Shown here: piece by piece, positions 62,263-64,000 of the stretch
Position numbering within the stretch: the first letter of the stretch is position 1
Layout of the letters: each line of letters opens with the position of its first letter
Source of the DNA: Felis catus
Lineage: Eukaryota
Direction of reading: 5' to 3'
Assembly (NCBI RefSeq): GCF_018350175.1
Contig: NC_058373.1
Coordinates: 105,836,001 to 105,900,000 of the forward strand
DNA: 64,000 bases
Notes under the pieces: generated by a model
What the model saw: the letters and a program-made list of their open reading frames with translations, nothing else
Database searches by the model: none
What the model was told of the DNA's origin: nothing
Position numbers and translations under genes: made by a program

Positions 62263-64000
62263 AATAAACCTTTGGATTTAGCCCTTAAAAAGCTATTTAG
62301 CACCACACAAATCGAGCAGTGGAAGTCAATGTCATCAAAGCCTGTGTGGAATTAGGAATAAACTACTTTCCTGATAGAAGAAGGTTTGGGGAGTCTTACT
62401 CTGGCTTTAAAAAAGTATAATCCAGACATTTGGTATTCCTATAAATTCAAAAGCATGTGTTTAACTAGATTCAGAACACCAGCATCACTTGACCTAATTT
62501 TCTATTTAAATTCCAAGTCATAATAAGAGTGTTTCAAGATAGTGAATGCTTAACATCCCATAGTGACTTTTATGTAAGGAACAGGAGCATGTTGTAAAAA
62601 GGATAGATGCCCACAGACTTTACTGAATTCAGTACTCACATTTATTTCAAGACTAGTATTATTCAAGACTAGACCTGAATAGACAGAGCACATATTTTCA
62701 TTTGCCTAAATGGCTAAAACGAAACTATCATGAGCCCAGCAACAGCGTCAGTGATCCACTGAGCCCACCAGTTTTGAAATCAATGCTATTTGTGATACAT
62801 TTTTCATTTGTGGACTCTCATCTCAATTTCTGTACCTTAAGGAAAACCTTTTAATTTTTATATTGTACTATTTGAATTGAGAGAATTCAAAGTAACCACC
62901 CTGTCTATATTAAATGTTACCTTATATATTAAATACCCGGATAGGCTTTTTAGAACTTAACATTTGACAAATTCATTGGAGAATACATTTTTACTTTACC
63001 ATATTACTTTGTAAGCAAGTTCTATGCAAGTTCTACTCGTATTATTTTCATTCAAGTATTAAAGTAATTTAATAACATCTTACTATTTGATACACTTCTT
63101 TAAGAAGCTGAGAGGACTTGTAAGGTGTTTGTGTCACTTTGAACTAATCTCCACTTGGAATGGGCTGCCTACCCCAACCCAGTGTTTTATGTGAAGGACA
63201 TAAATTACTCTGTTTTACGGTTGAGACACTGGGTCTCTGAGAAAGTGAAAAAAAAAAAAAAAACTTGAATTATGGGCAAGTCAACAACTAAATCAAACAA
63301 AGAATGGACAGATTTCTGTGCTTCTCGGCCTGTTGTTTCCTTCTTTGTTACACCGTAAGTAGGCTGCCTTTAGACCCAGAACCTGCCCTACCAATGTGAT
63401 GGAATTAATTGCATTATTTGAATTTAAAAAAAAAAAAGAAAAAAACTCCTTGTCATTTTCATGTGCGTAACTGGTAAGATAACAATCTTACAGTATCTTG
63501 AACTAGCAGTATCTGTTACCTTGATATAAAAAAATGCCAATGATTAATATGTAACAGGTCAACACTAACATGTTAACAAAGTTAACGTTGACGTCGCCTG
63601 GGAAAGAATGGCTCCATGAAGTTCGTGGAGCTGTAAGTATCCCATCGTCACGGAAAATGGGAGGGGGCCCTTTGAAGTTGGAAAGTCATTTAGTCTGGAG
63701 GCCTCAGAGGAGAACACTGCAACAACAGCAGCTGAGACAAAAGGAAAAACAACAACAACAACTTTTCATTCAGGATCTAATTCTGCAAAGACTGAGTCCT
63801 GACTGATTAGAGGGCATGTGACAGCCGAACAAGCTTGAATAATGAAACAGAGTGTGTTTTAGGTTTGGGACTAGGGAACTGGAGTCTCGAACTTTCTTTA
63901 AGTTCTTGCCAATGACTTGCAGCCTGACTTTACCTTAATTATTTATGCCCCTTCTTCCCCTCCAGTGTTTAGTCTCTTTGTCTATAAGAACAGGGGAGGG

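Noticed and set aside
63320..63335. GCTTCTCGGCCT matching the U2 5' end
   Set aside because: Only 12 nt, no TSD, and the match does not extend. Consistent with chance.
63570..63806. 78-aa ORF with polyQ-like stretch
   Set aside because: The Q runs come from short CAA/CAG low-complexity sequence and there is no recognisable homology.
1..64000. CRISPR arrays, operons or other prokaryote-type systems, and CpG islands
   Set aside because: The DNA is mammalian, with no regularly spaced repeat-spacer array. CpG-dense patches are confined to young SINEs.

Overview
Mammalian, almost certainly felid (cat-family), non-coding genomic DNA dense in transposable elements. It holds about 29 tRNA-derived CAN-SINEs (several of a young, CpG-intact cat type), six carnivore-type LINE-1 insertions (all minus strand), three LTRs of which two have clear target-site duplications (TSDs), and ancient MIR/L2/MaLR/hAT relics. 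I found no protein-coding exon of a recognisable host gene. The recognisable ORF-track entries are decayed L1 ORF1/ORF2 pieces, L1 antisense frames or SINE read-throughs. The most notable structures visible directly are: (1) a full-length L1 nested inside ORF1 of another, older full-length L1 (9278-23835), each with its own TSD and 5' terminus; (2) a 47-bp inverted duplication in a MIR whose only two mismatches are G:U-compatible (9045-9165); (3) a tailless 37-nt U2 snRNA retrocopy with TSD inside a third L1 (41289-41325); (4) repeated reuse of single target sites by SINEs; (5) a divergent pair of CTCF-like motifs around two candidate plus-strand exons (47.4-50.4 kb). I see no convincing evidence for a new multi-gene system. 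Repeat subfamily names are from recalled consensus features, not a database search, and boundaries without a stated TSD are approximate.
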